From Bifidobacterium breve (lineage in GTDB: Bacteria; Actinomycetota; Actinomycetes; S36-B12), in the NCBI GenBank assembly GCA_945885645.1, contig CAMCYV010000003.1:1-35558 (forward strand): a DNA stretch of 35,558 bases, in the 5' to 3' direction. The notes beneath the pieces were generated by a model. The model saw only the letters and a program-made list of their open reading frames with translations, was not told where the DNA came from and did not search any database. Each line of letters opens with the position of its first letter. Position 1 is the first letter of the stretch. Positions 1 through 9,549 of this stretch are shown here, piece after piece. The position numbers and the translations under genes are program-made.

Positions 1-245
1 TCCGCGTTACACAATTGATGAACTCGGTGATTGCGCAAAGCGCCGAGATGGGTGCCCTACCTATTTTGTTTGCGGCCACCGCTCCTGGATTGCCCAATGA
101 CAGTTTTGTTGGTCCGGCCGATAAATGGCAAACCCGCGGCTACCCCACCTTGGTGGATCGAACCGATGCCGCCAAAGATCCCCTTTCAGCACGAAGGCTG
201 TGGGATTGGTCCGAAGAAATCACCGGAGTGAACTACCCGTTTTAG
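1..245 (+). CDS. Short-chain dehydrogenase/reductase (retinol-DH/WWOX-like subfamily), C-terminal fragment; 5' end outside the window
   Basis: The frame is open from the window edge. The C-terminus AQSAEMGALPILFAATAP...GP...RGYP...A.DP..ARRLWDWSEEITGV is typical of this SDR subgroup. Confidence 0.8.
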   Translation, partial: RVTQLMNSVIAQSAEMGALPILFAATAPGLPNDSFVGPADKWQTRGYPTLVDRTDAAKDPLSARRLWDWSEEITGVNYPF

Positions 246-1427
246 TTAGGTCAATCGACTGATCCACCTTCTGGACCCAATTCCCACGTACAGTGCAAGT
301 ACCGCACAAAGCGCGCCGGCTCCAAACACCACGGTAGTAATTGATGCAATACCGATGATCGGTCCCGCGCTTAACGCAGTAACACCCAAAGCACCAAACG
401 CAACCGCCAAGTAAGCAGAATAGATCTCAGCACGCCGATTTTTTGGAGAGATAATTCCAACGTAAGCAGCTGAACCCATTAGGCACAGCCCAGCTCCCGC
501 ACCCACCACCATGGAGCCAACAACCATGAGCCCGGCTATGGCAGTCAGTGATGCAATCATCACTGCCGTCCAACCCAACGCAACGGAACTCAGTCCAGCG
601 GTCATCGAAACGGCGGGGTGAAGGTTTCGACCAAAAATTTGAACGACGGCAAGCATGAGCAGGACAAGTGAGACGAGTAGACCTACATAAGCCTCAGAAG
701 TCCAACCAACTGTCCCAGCAAGATTGGAACCGAAGGAACCATAAATACCCATGCACAGGTTTGTTCCGAGAACGGTTGCCGCTGCGATGGAAAAAGTGAG
801 CCAGATTGAGCGAGGTAGGCGAATAGGCCGGACCAATCTCGCGTCCCGCTTGCGCGGTATAACGTCCTTGGATTTGATAAGTAACACTGCTGGAATGATT
901 AAAATAATGAACACCATGAGATAAGGCGCAATTAACGGATAGGGAGTTGCGTCAGCTAACGCGCCCGCCATGAGCGGTCCCACCGCAGATCCACCTGCCA
1001 CCGAAAGTGTGTTTACAAGGGATCCGCGGGATAGTCCGCCAGGGTGGGATTCCATTAACGTGGCAGCTCCCGCGCCTGCAGCCAATGCTGCTCCTATTCC
1101 TTGTAGGAAACGCCCCAACAGCAGAAGCGGGTACGACACCGCGAACATCATCGTGATGAGGGCAACAGCAATCAACAACGTTGCGATCAATAACGTGTCG
1201 CGGCGTCCGAAGCGATCAGATAGGCCTCCCAACAAGATAAGAGTGATAACCACGCCGATGGGATAAGCCGAAAAAGCTAGCCCAATATATCCATCACTGA
1301 TCCCCCACATTTGCTGATACAACGGGTATAAAGGTGTGGGAGTAAAGCTCATCACCATGACAACAAAAAGTAAAGTTGCTGTGCCCAATAGCAGTGGCCA
1401 CGGATGTGCCAGTGCTACCCGTCGCAT
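246..1427 (-). CDS. MFS transporter
   Basis: 393 aa with about 12 hydrophobic segments, motif A (GGLSDRFGRR), N-terminal PTPLYPLYQ and LLLGRFLQG. Confidence 0.92.
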   Translation of the reverse strand: MRRVALAHPWPLLLGTATLLFVVMVMSFTPTPLYPLYQQMWGISDGYIGLAFSAYPIGVVITLILLGGLSDRFGRRDTLLIATLLIAVALITMMFAVSYPLLLLGRFLQGIGAALAAGAGAATLMESHPGGLSRGSLVNTLSVAGGSAVGPLMAGALADATPYPLIAPYLMVFIILIIPAVLLIKSKDVIPRKRDARLVRPIRLPRSIWLTFSIAAATVLGTNLCMGIYGSFGSNLAGTVGWTSEAYVGLLVSLVLLMLAVVQIFGRNLHPAVSMTAGLSSVALGWTAVMIASLTAIAGLMVVGSMVVGAGAGLCLMGSAAYVGIISPKNRRAEIYSAYLAVAFGALGVTALSAGPIIGIASITTVVFGAGALCAVLALYVGIGSRRWISRLT

Positions 1428-1449
1428 CGAAAAGCCTTAATTAGCTCTG

Positions 1450-3840
1450 TTAACTCTGTGTTTCAAGTGCACCAATTGCCGCATTTACGATTGAACCAGA
1501 ATTGAGGTCATTGAGTTCGTAAAGGTCAGGGACGGTGCCGCTTTGCCCAAACCCATCAACACCCAAACTTGCGCCAGTTACTCCGAGCGCACTGCCGAGC
1601 CACGCTAAGGCGTGGCTCGCACCGTCTTGAATGGTGACAATCGGTGCCCGCTCTGGGAATGCAACTCGTAACGCCCCCGGGACACTCGGCGTCGTGGCAG
1701 TGCGGACTCCCTGCCGAATCGTTCGTTGCCAAGCGGTGTACCAACGATCAGGACTCGTAATGTCAACAACGTGAGCCGCAATTCCCTCTTCGGCTAACTC
1801 AGCTGAAGCTGCAAGCACTTCCGGCATTACTGCACCGCAGGCCACGAGGTGCACGATGGGCACGTGTTGGCCTTCATTGCGAAGTCCACAGAGTTCCGGG
1901 TAAGTTTCAAATGCGTCGACGAGGCGGTAGCCGCCGGAAAGTACCTGTCGACGAATAACCGGCTCTCCCATTCGCTCAACGGCTTTGGTAAATGCACCCT
2001 GATCAATAGGTCGCGTTGTGAGTCGGAAGTAATAAGCGCCCTCATTGCTTGGAGTTGCAGTTGGGTTGTGCACGTTTCCCGCAGCGATACGAGCTAGGGC
2101 ATCACACAACAACCAATCCAGTGCGCCACCAAATGTCGGTTCGATGTAGGTCAGATTGGGTAATTCCATCCCCACACTTGGAGTGATCGTCGACTGATGC
2201 GCGCCCCCCTCTGGCGCCAAAGTGACTCCACTGGGAGTACCTGCCACGATGAACCGCGCACCCGAGTAAACGGAATAAATGAGTGCATCGAGTCCGCGCA
2301 AGACAAACGGGTCGTACACCGTGCCAATGGGTAGTAGCGGTTGGCGAGAAAGATCCCACGACAAGCCGAGCTGGCCGAGGAGTAGGAAAAGGTTCATCTC
2401 CGAAATTCCAAGCTCAATATGCTGCCCGGTTGGGCCCTCCGCCCATTTCATCACTGGATCTTCCGACCACATTCGTCTCTCGGTTGGGCTAAAAACACCC
2501 ACTTTATTGATGAAGCCACCCAGGTTTGTGCTGGTCGCGACGTCTGGGGCTGTGGTCACCAAATAACGGCGCACGGATTCATCGCGCGCTAGGTCAACAA
2601 GAATTCGTCCAAATGCTTCTTGAGTACTCATGTCTTTATTGGTTCTCAGCCCCACGGAATTCGGGATCGTGACATCGAGTCGAGAATCGCGGGGTGCCCG
2701 GGTTAGCGATTCGCGCCGGCGATTACACAAAATTCCTGCTGGAGTTGCAGGATCAAATCGATCCCACTCGGTGTACTCCGTTAGGTCCAGACCAGTTCGC
2801 AATTTATGAATTTGCTCTTCGGTGAGCAACGCAGAGTGATTGCGTGGATGACCAGCCATGGGTAGACCCCAGCCTTTGACTGTGTAGGCAAAGATCACAC
2901 TGGGTCGATCCACCTCTTTTTCGCACGCTTCATAGGCCTCAATCAACGATGCCAAATCATGGCCTCCGAGGTCGGTAACAAGTGCTGTCAAGTCTTCATC
3001 GGGAATGTCACGGGTAAAAGCCTCGACTTCTGCTGGTGCACCTTCCAGAAAGCGTGCTCGAACTTCCGGGGCTGCGAGACCGAACAGAGACTGGTATTGC
3101 TCATTGGACATTTGATCAATCCAATCGCGCAGGCACTCACCTCCGGGCTGTTCAAAGGCTTGGCGTAACTTGCGGCCGTATTTCAACTCAATTACATGCC
3201 AACCCGCAGCCTCAAAGTGGCCACGCCATTGCATCATTCGGGTGCCAGGAACTACCCGGTCTAAAGATTGTCGATTGAAGTCGACAATCCACATGCTATT
3301 TCCGAGGCCCTCGGTTGCGTGATCTGCGATGGCCTCCCAGATATTTCCTTCATCGAGTTCGGCGTCACCGAGCAGGGCGATATAGCGGGAGGCGGTGCGG
3401 TCACCAAAATGCGCATCAACGTAACGCCTTGTTGTGGCTGCAAAAAGTGGCGCCGCAACTCCCAGACCGACGGAGCCCGTAGAGAAATCAACCTCGTCGG
3501 GATCCTTGGTGCGTGATGGATATGACTGTAAACCACCCTTAGCGCGCAATGTTGTCAAATAAGAACGATCGAGATTACCGAGGAGGTACTGGATCGAATG
3601 GAAAGCGGGTGAAGCATGTGGCTTGACCGATACGCGGTCTTCCGAATTGAGATAGTGGAAGTAGAGCGCGGTCAGCGCGCTAACCAGTGACGCACTTGAC
3701 GCCTGGTGGCCGCCAACCTTGATGCCATCAATATTGGGGCGTTCCCTATTTGCGTGATCAATCATTCGCACAGCAAGCCACAGCACGCGATTCTGAACTT
3801 CTTCCAGGACTTCTAACTCCTGTAAAGATTCATCTTTCAT
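1450..3840 (-). CDS. ThDP-dependent pyruvate dehydrogenase E1 (AceE)-like / transketolase-family enzyme
   Basis: Motifs KVGGHQASSAS, LQSYPS, FSTGSVGLG, ThDP motif GDAELDEG..N, TVKGWG, ELGISEMN and TLAPEGGAHQS. Start placed at ATG 3840, which has a GAGAGGT RBS upstream. Confidence 0.85.
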   Translation of the reverse strand: MKDESLQELEVLEEVQNRVLWLAVRMIDHANRERPNIDGIKVGGHQASSASLVSALTALYFHYLNSEDRVSVKPHASPAFHSIQYLLGNLDRSYLTTLRAKGGLQSYPSRTKDPDEVDFSTGSVGLGVAAPLFAATTRRYVDAHFGDRTASRYIALLGDAELDEGNIWEAIADHATEGLGNSMWIVDFNRQSLDRVVPGTRMMQWRGHFEAAGWHVIELKYGRKLRQAFEQPGGECLRDWIDQMSNEQYQSLFGLAAPEVRARFLEGAPAEVEAFTRDIPDEDLTALVTDLGGHDLASLIEAYEACEKEVDRPSVIFAYTVKGWGLPMAGHPRNHSALLTEEQIHKLRTGLDLTEYTEWDRFDPATPAGILCNRRRESLTRAPRDSRLDVTIPNSVGLRTNKDMSTQEAFGRILVDLARDESVRRYLVTTAPDVATSTNLGGFINKVGVFSPTERRMWSEDPVMKWAEGPTGQHIELGISEMNLFLLLGQLGLSWDLSRQPLLPIGTVYDPFVLRGLDALIYSVYSGARFIVAGTPSGVTLAPEGGAHQSTITPSVGMELPNLTYIEPTFGGALDWLLCDALARIAAGNVHNPTATPSNEGAYYFRLTTRPIDQGAFTKAVERMGEPVIRRQVLSGGYRLVDAFETYPELCGLRNEGQHVPIVHLVACGAVMPEVLAASAELAEEGIAAHVVDITSPDRWYTAWQRTIRQGVRTATTPSVPGALRVAFPERAPIVTIQDGASHALAWLGSALGVTGASLGVDGFGQSGTVPDLYELNDLNSGSIVNAAIGALETQS

Positions 3841-3873
3841 CGTCACACCTCTCAATCCACCAGTTTTTTTACT

Positions 3874-4731
3874 TTAACGCGCTGCTAGTCCAAGTTCGAG
3901 TACTCGCCGCGCTGATCGAGCACTTGCTTCGTCAATCATTCGTCCATTCGCATCCAGGGCGACCCCAGATCCTTCCCGGATCGCCATGTTCATGCGATCG
4001 AGAAGATCTTGGGCGCCACTTAGCTGTTCACTGGTCGGTGTGAACATCTCATTTACGATCGTAACCTGATCTGGGTGAATGCAGGCCCTTCCGACAAAAC
4101 CTTGACCGATAACGGTTTGCGTTGAACTTCGGAAAGCATCAAGATCACGAAACTCGGTCGAAACCGGTCCAATGGGAGACAAAATCCCGGCCGCAATACT
4201 CTCAACCACGATCCGACTCCGGATCGGAGCCAAGTGCAGATCCACGTCGCCACTCAAACCAAGGTCTGCGGCAAGATCCACCTCCCCCACCTGAAGCTGT
4301 ACAACTCGCTGGGCTGACACGATGGAACTCAGCCGTGTCAGCCCAACCGCAGATTCAATTAAGGGAATAACCGGCCATTGACCCTCCACCAGGCCATGTT
4401 CTTTTTCGGCGGACAAGAGGACCTTAATAATCGGAGTCAACTCAGATGGATCATCGACTTTGGGCACACAAATCCCGGTCAATCCAGGAAGTGCCACGGC
4501 TGCAGTGTCATCTACACCCATGGCGCCTTGATTAACCCGAACCCAGACCTGCGCACGGCCATGATCACCGTTTCGTACCCAGTCGGCTACGAGCGACCGC
4601 GCTTCAACCTTACGATCGAGTGAAACAGCATCCTCGAGATCGAGGACGAGCGCATCTGCACCCTTTGCAACCGCTTTTTCGAATCGCTCTGGCCGGTCAC
4701 CCGGTACATAGAGCCAACTGCGCACAATCAC
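3874..4731 (-). CDS. CitE-like CoA-ester lyase (HpcH/HpaI aldolase/citrate lyase family)
   Basis: Motifs RSWLYVPGDRPERFEKA, LDLEDAV, VRVN, VPKV, LIESA, GEVDLAADLG, CIHPDQ and GRMIDEA. GTG start overlaps the upstream stop (GTGA). Confidence 0.92.
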   Translation of the reverse strand: MIVRSWLYVPGDRPERFEKAVAKGADALVLDLEDAVSLDRKVEARSLVADWVRNGDHGRAQVWVRVNQGAMGVDDTAAVALPGLTGICVPKVDDPSELTPIIKVLLSAEKEHGLVEGQWPVIPLIESAVGLTRLSSIVSAQRVVQLQVGEVDLAADLGLSGDVDLHLAPIRSRIVVESIAAGILSPIGPVSTEFRDLDAFRSSTQTVIGQGFVGRACIHPDQVTIVNEMFTPTSEQLSGAQDLLDRMNMAIREGSGVALDANGRMIDEASARSARRVLELGLAAR

Positions 4732-5891
4732 TTAACTGAAGTCTTTCCAGAAATTAGAGACTTGGCGATGATCGTCTTCATGATGTCGTTAGTTCCCTCG
4801 CCGATGCTCATCAAAATCGCATCACGGTAGAGACGCTCAACTACGTATTCGGTTGAGTAGCCATAGCCACCATGAACACGCATTGCCTCCATCGAAGCTG
4901 AAATTGCTGCTTCGGATGCGAAGTACTTGGCCATACCGGCTTCCATGTCGACTCTCTCGCCATTGTCTGCCTTTGACGCTGCCCAATAGGTGAGGAGTCG
5001 CGCAGCTTGAAGGTTGGTAGCAATATCTGCCAACTTCAACTGGATCGCCTGGAAATCTGAAATCGGTTGACCGAATGCTTCGCGCTGCTTTGAGTAAGAC
5101 AATGCTGCATCCCACGCGGCCTGCGCGATACCCACGCTGCGTGCGGCTATGTTCAATCGGCCTATCTCAAGCCCGGAGAGAACCTGCTGCATTCCTCGGC
5201 CTTCAACACCACCGAGTAAAGCCGAAACCGGGACTCGGACATTGTCGAGAATTACTTCGCAGGACTCAGTTCCCTTGTAACCAAGTTTTCCAATGTCCTT
5301 GCTGACCGAGAATCCTTCGGATGTTGCATCAACGAGCATTACACTCATGCCTTTGTGGCGTGGCTCAGCGGTTGGATCGGTCTTGACCAGCACCGGAAGA
5401 ACATTGGCGTGACGGGCGTTAGTAATCCATGTCTTTGTGCCGTTAATGACGTAATGATCACCATCGAGGCGGGCTGTTGTCGCGATGCCCTGAAGGTCAG
5501 TTCCTGCACCTGGCTCAGTGAGTCCAATTCCGGTGCGCCATTCGCCCGTTGCTAACTTCGGCAGGATCGAGCTCTTCTGCTCCTCGGTACCGTGATGGGC
5601 AATCATCCAGGCTGCAAGCCCATGGCTGCCCAAGATTCCAGCGATACCCATCCAGCCCCTGGCAATTTCTTCGTACACCAGACAGAAAGACACCATGTCC
5701 AGGTTGAGACCGCCATATTCCTCGGGAATAGTGATACCAAAGAGACCCATCGCTTTCATATGGTCAACAATTTCAGTTGGATACCGACCTGAATGCTCCC
5801 ACTCAATTGCTACCGGCATGATCTCTTTGTCTACGAAGGACCGAAGTGCCTTTTGAAAAGCTCTTTGTTCCTCATTTAATCCGAAATCCAT
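4728..5891 (-). CDS. Acyl-CoA dehydrogenase
   Basis: Motifs GLTEPGAGTDL, INGTKTWITN, KLGYKG, REAFGQPI, HGGYGY and IGEGT (catalytic Glu retained). AGGAG RBS. Confidence 0.95.
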   Translation of the reverse strand: MDFGLNEEQRAFQKALRSFVDKEIMPVAIEWEHSGRYPTEIVDHMKAMGLFGITIPEEYGGLNLDMVSFCLVYEEIARGWMGIAGILGSHGLAAWMIAHHGTEEQKSSILPKLATGEWRTGIGLTEPGAGTDLQGIATTARLDGDHYVINGTKTWITNARHANVLPVLVKTDPTAEPRHKGMSVMLVDATSEGFSVSKDIGKLGYKGTESCEVILDNVRVPVSALLGGVEGRGMQQVLSGLEIGRLNIAARSVGIAQAAWDAALSYSKQREAFGQPISDFQAIQLKLADIATNLQAARLLTYWAASKADNGERVDMEAGMAKYFASEAAISASMEAMRVHGGYGYSTEYVVERLYRDAILMSIGEGTNDIMKTIIAKSLISGKTSVK

Positions 5892-5908
5892 TACTGATCT
5901 CCTTTTAC

Positions 5909-6319
5909 TTATTGTTGTTTACTGTTAATTACTTGGAAAACTGGAAGTTGATGCCCGTCACTGAGAGAATCCCAAGCAAGGGTCACGGGTAAATCACAGG
6001 CAAGTTCAGATTCTTCTGCTCCAACAATGCGTGTCAACATGGTGGGGCCCTCAGATAGTTGAACTCGGGCAATGACATACGGGGCTGTGAAGGCCGGGCT
6101 GGGTGCTCGATGTACAACGGTATAACTGTCAACAACGCCTTGGCCGGCAGACTCCACCCAGTGGAGTTGGCTGCCTGCACATTGAATGCAGACCGCTCGC
6201 GGGTAGTGCTGGACATGTTGGCACTCGAGGCACGTTTGCAACAGAAATTTGCCCTCTTTTGTTGCTTCCCACCATGGGGTGGTGATGTCATCGGGAATTG
6301 GCAACACTTGTTCGCTCAT
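5909..6319 (-). CDS. DUF35 Zn-ribbon/OB-fold protein (thiolase/aldolase partner)
   Basis: CxxC...YPRAVCxxC zinc ribbon followed by OB-fold SYTVVHRAP...PYVIARVQLSEGP. Coupled to the thiolase-like gene by an ATGA overlap. Confidence 0.92.
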   Translation of the reverse strand: MSEQVLPIPDDITTPWWEATKEGKFLLQTCLECQHVQHYPRAVCIQCAGSQLHWVESAGQGVVDSYTVVHRAPSPAFTAPYVIARVQLSEGPTMLTRIVGAEESELACDLPVTLAWDSLSDGHQLPVFQVINSKQQ

Positions 6320-7461
6320 CGGTCCACCCCTAACAAAACTGTTGCGTGAGTCGATAATATTCCGCCGGTTCCGTGTGCCAGAGCAACCTGCGGATTGCTC
6401 ACTTGGCGAGCACCCGCTTCACCACGCAATTGACGCACTGCTTCGACGAGTAACAAAACACCGTATTGCCCTGGGTGACAGTAGGAAAGTCCGCCACCAC
6501 TTGTATTCAGGGGAATGTCTCCACCTGGTCGAACTCGATCCGAAGCAACAAGGGATGCTGCTTCACCTGGTTCACAAAACCCGAGTGCCTCTAAACTCAA
6601 AAGCACCGTAATTGTGAAGGAGTCGTAGAGAGCGACAACATCAACGTCGGAAGGGCTTAATCCCGCAAGCGAAAATGCAGCTTTCCCGCTAGCGACCGCA
6701 CCCGTTGGCAGAAGTGGCACTTGGCTCATCGAAGTATTGGTGGTCGATTCCCCGTATCCGAGAATTTGAACGGGCGGCTTTGCCAAATCACGGGCTCGTT
6801 CCAATGAAGTTACCACGACCGCACCACCGCCATCGGTCACCAAGCAACAGTCTGCGGTCGTCAGTGGTGACGACATCATGGGGGCTGCAAGTACTTCATC
6901 TACCGTCAAAGGCCCAGCGTCGTATCGAAACGCTTTCGGGTTAAGCAATGCCCACTCCCGCGCGAGCACCGCGACTTGGGCCAAATCAGCGCGAGTAGCT
7001 CCATAGTCATGCATGTATCGCTGGGCCGCCATGGCGTAGTAAGACAGTGGGAACAGCGGACCGTATGGGCTTTCGAATTGCGCCTCGGGTGTGTGGGTTT
7101 CCACAACTCCCCCGAGTGAACGGGAGCGCGCTGATCGTTGATTCGAAGCAAAGGAGATCACGATGGTTGAGGCTTGCCCCGCAGCGATTGCCTGAGATGC
7201 TCGGGCAATATACATCTCGTAGGCACTGCCGCCTGCAAAAGTTGAATCGCTCCAACTTGGCTGGATGCCCAGATAGTCAGCGACCTGAGTTGCTGAGAAC
7301 CGCGAAACCCCACTGGTTGCAAGACCATCAACGTCGGATAAAGACAATCCAGCATCGGCCAAGGCTCGGGTGATGGCCTGCGACTGCAGTGTAAGTATCG
7401 ACGCGTTAGTGACTCCAAGATCGGACTCAGCAGCGCCGACAATAGCCGTGTTTGCACTCAC
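6316..7461 (-). CDS. SCP2/Ltp-type thiolase-family protein lacking the N-terminal nucleophilic Cys
   Basis: Motifs TAIVGAAES, CCLVTDGGGAVVV, LYDSFT, LEALGFC, NTSGGGLSYCHPG, EAVRQLRGEAG and HGTGG. The nucleophile loop reads FAGGSA. Confidence 0.9.
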   Translation of the reverse strand: MSANTAIVGAAESDLGVTNASILTLQSQAITRALADAGLSLSDVDGLATSGVSRFSATQVADYLGIQPSWSDSTFAGGSAYEMYIARASQAIAAGQASTIVISFASNQRSARSRSLGGVVETHTPEAQFESPYGPLFPLSYYAMAAQRYMHDYGATRADLAQVAVLAREWALLNPKAFRYDAGPLTVDEVLAAPMMSSPLTTADCCLVTDGGGAVVVTSLERARDLAKPPVQILGYGESTTNTSMSQVPLLPTGAVASGKAAFSLAGLSPSDVDVVALYDSFTITVLLSLEALGFCEPGEAASLVASDRVRPGGDIPLNTSGGGLSYCHPGQYGVLLLVEAVRQLRGEAGARQVSNPQVALAHGTGGILSTHATVLLGVDR

Positions 7462-7865
7462 GAAAGTTTCACCTCCGCATGACCACTTGCTGCAGTCCCC
7501 ACAACTTCTCCTTCAGAATCGAGGATATGCACGGTGAGGTCACACTGCAGTACACCTGACTCGACAGATACTGTGACGCCGTCACAACGGACAGCGCTTC
7601 CCGCCTCCACCGGCGTTAAGAATCGGAAACCAAGTTTTGTGAGCCGGGCGTCAGGTCCAACCCAGTCTTGTATGCATTGAGCCATGAGCGCACCGAGCAT
7701 CTGTCCGTCAACGATCGGTGCCACAAACCCAGTGCTACGGATGTAATCCATGTCGTAATGCAATCGATGCCAGTCCCACGTGGCCCCTGCATAAGCGACC
7801 ATGTCGGTAATGTCGATCCGTCGATCCAGTGGCGGCACTGGTGTTCCCGCAATCAACGAAGTCAT
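7458..7865 (-). CDS. MaoC-family (R)-hydratase, catalytic HadB/ChsH1-like subunit
   Basis: Hydratase-2-like motif YAGATWDWHRLHYD retains Asp and His; also PIVDGQM. ATG 7865 overlaps the upstream stop (ATGA). Confidence 0.85.
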   Translation of the reverse strand: MTSLIAGTPVPPLDRRIDITDMVAYAGATWDWHRLHYDMDYIRSTGFVAPIVDGQMLGALMAQCIQDWVGPDARLTKLGFRFLTPVEAGSAVRCDGVTVSVESGVLQCDLTVHILDSEGEVVGTAASGHAEVKLS

Positions 7866-8368
7866 GATGCGATCCCTCGAGACTGGCAAATCAAGGTCTC
7901 TACATTAGTAACCAGCAGCTCGCCAAGTTGATTTGTGTATTCCGCGATTGAAGTCACAATCACCATCGGTGTTCCCTTGGATGACGTTCGCTCAACCATG
8001 TCATCGATTCGCCACGTGACGGTGAGAATGTCCTCGGGGCGCACTGCTTGATGAAAAGTGTATTCATTTCCACCGCGCAGCAGCCGCGTTCTAGGAACTT
8101 CGAGGTCCCAACCGTGCCCTGCATATCCCGTCGATTCCTTCGGCAAATTTGCGTATTGATTCGTTTCGCATACGAGTGTGGGTGGAGCAATGACTCCGTC
8201 GTAACCGTGCTCTCGGGCAAAATGATCGTCCGTGTATAGGGGGTTGTGATCACCGATGGCTAACGCGAAATATCGAAATGCAGCCTTCCCTATAGGTTCG
8301 GGTGCGACATAGACCCGTGTCTCGCCAATGCGAGCTCTCAGTTCACCTGTCAGAATTGTGTCGCTCAT
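7862..8368 (-). CDS. MaoC N-terminal-type dehydratase (HadA/ChsH2-like subunit)
   Basis: Motifs FALAIGDHNPLY (His replaced by Tyr), GVIAPPT and LLRGGNEYTFHQAV. ATG 8368 overlaps the upstream stop. Confidence 0.85.
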   Translation of the reverse strand: MSDTILTGELRARIGETRVYVAPEPIGKAAFRYFALAIGDHNPLYTDDHFAREHGYDGVIAPPTLVCETNQYANLPKESTGYAGHGWDLEVPRTRLLRGGNEYTFHQAVRPEDILTVTWRIDDMVERTSSKGTPMVIVTSIAEYTNQLGELLVTNVETLICQSRGIAS

Positions 8369-9549
8369 ATAAATATCGCCATGGGGTCGACCTCTATCAG
8401 GAATTCGGGACGCAATAATCCTGAGCAAATTGCGCCGGTTGACGCGGGCCACGGTTCACGAAGTGCCTCCTTACGAACTTCGGCAACGCGCCGGTAATCC
8501 GACAATCCCTCTTTGCAGACATATTCGATCGTCTTGATCAGGTTTTCAGGTCCACCACCTGCAGCCTTCAGTACTTGATTTATTGATTCATAAACGTATT
8601 CGGTCTGTGCGAGTAGATCATCAGGGAAGAGTGCCTCTTGGGTCTGCGGATCCAGCGCTGCAAAACCCGACATGAACAGTACGCGTCCGGCCTTCACACC
8701 GGGGTTGTAAGTGAGGGTTTCGTATCGGGACCACCCTGGATTAACGGCCACCGGGGTGTGGCGTGAAGCAATAACGTCGATCGCGACGAGAACACCCGGT
8801 GCGTGAAGCCGGTCCATCAAGATTCCCGCCGCACCTGGGTACACAGGGCCGAGTAATTCTTTTCGTGGGCGCCCACACTTCCGGTAGAGATCACGACTTG
8901 CCGTGGTGGTGTAGTCAATTGTTTTTACAACGTGGGAAAGATCTAGCCCAATTCCCCCGAGTAGTTCACCTGCACGCTCGAGACAGTACCGATACTGACC
9001 TGCGAAATCACCCTCTGCGACTAGATTGCCTTTATCGTCGATGGGCAGCATGGTGGGCAAATAAATTGTGCCATCGGTAACTTCGTTGATCACGGTACGA
9101 TGTAACGTGCTATCTGGTTGGGTGATTGCCGTTTGCACCTTGTTCTTAGTTGCCGTGACTTCGATTTCAATAAAGGCAGCGGGTCGAAGAAGTCGCTCAA
9201 CCATCACGGTCACGACAGTCGGGTTGTTGTCGCCAAAAATGCGTTTACGAACCGATACGGCTTCGTCATAGTGATCGGCGCCGTGCTCGGTAACGTTTTC
9301 CACAACTCGAACTACATCGTTGAAGTCAAATCCAGCAGCATTCAAGATTACTTCAATTTTGGCGTAAGCGGTTGTTGCCTGTTCGGTCATTCCACCACGA
9401 ACGACCATGTGCTTGGTTTCTGGGTCATACTCTGACGCTGAGTGACCAGATAACCATGCAGTCGTCCCATCGGTCAATCCGAGTGAAAATGAGTATTCTT
9501 CATAACGGAACCACGGAAAAGTTTCGGGTTGTATCGCCTGTATGGTCAT
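8365..9549 (-). CDS. Rid (RidA/YjgF/YER057c) family protein with three tandem domains
   Basis: 394 aa made of three repeats of about 130 aa, each showing Q..x..IL.AAG...VVK/R...R...P.....L......E/DV.A. Confidence 0.88.
   Translation of the reverse strand: MTIQAIQPETFPWFRYEEYSFSLGLTDGTTAWLSGHSASEYDPETKHMVVRGGMTEQATTAYAKIEVILNAAGFDFNDVVRVVENVTEHGADHYDEAVSVRKRIFGDNNPTVVTVMVERLLRPAAFIEIEVTATKNKVQTAITQPDSTLHRTVINEVTDGTIYLPTMLPIDDKGNLVAEGDFAGQYRYCLERAGELLGGIGLDLSHVVKTIDYTTTASRDLYRKCGRPRKELLGPVYPGAAGILMDRLHAPGVLVAIDVIASRHTPVAVNPGWSRYETLTYNPGVKAGRVLFMSGFAALDPQTQEALFPDDLLAQTEYVYESINQVLKAAGGGPENLIKTIEYVCKEGLSDYRRVAEVRKEALREPWPASTGAICSGLLRPEFLIEVDPMAIFI

Noticed and set aside
7458-8368. MaoC pair as the FAS-II hadAB genes
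   Set aside because: They are coupled to thiolase, DUF35 and ACAD catabolic genes rather than to the rpmG-secE core context.
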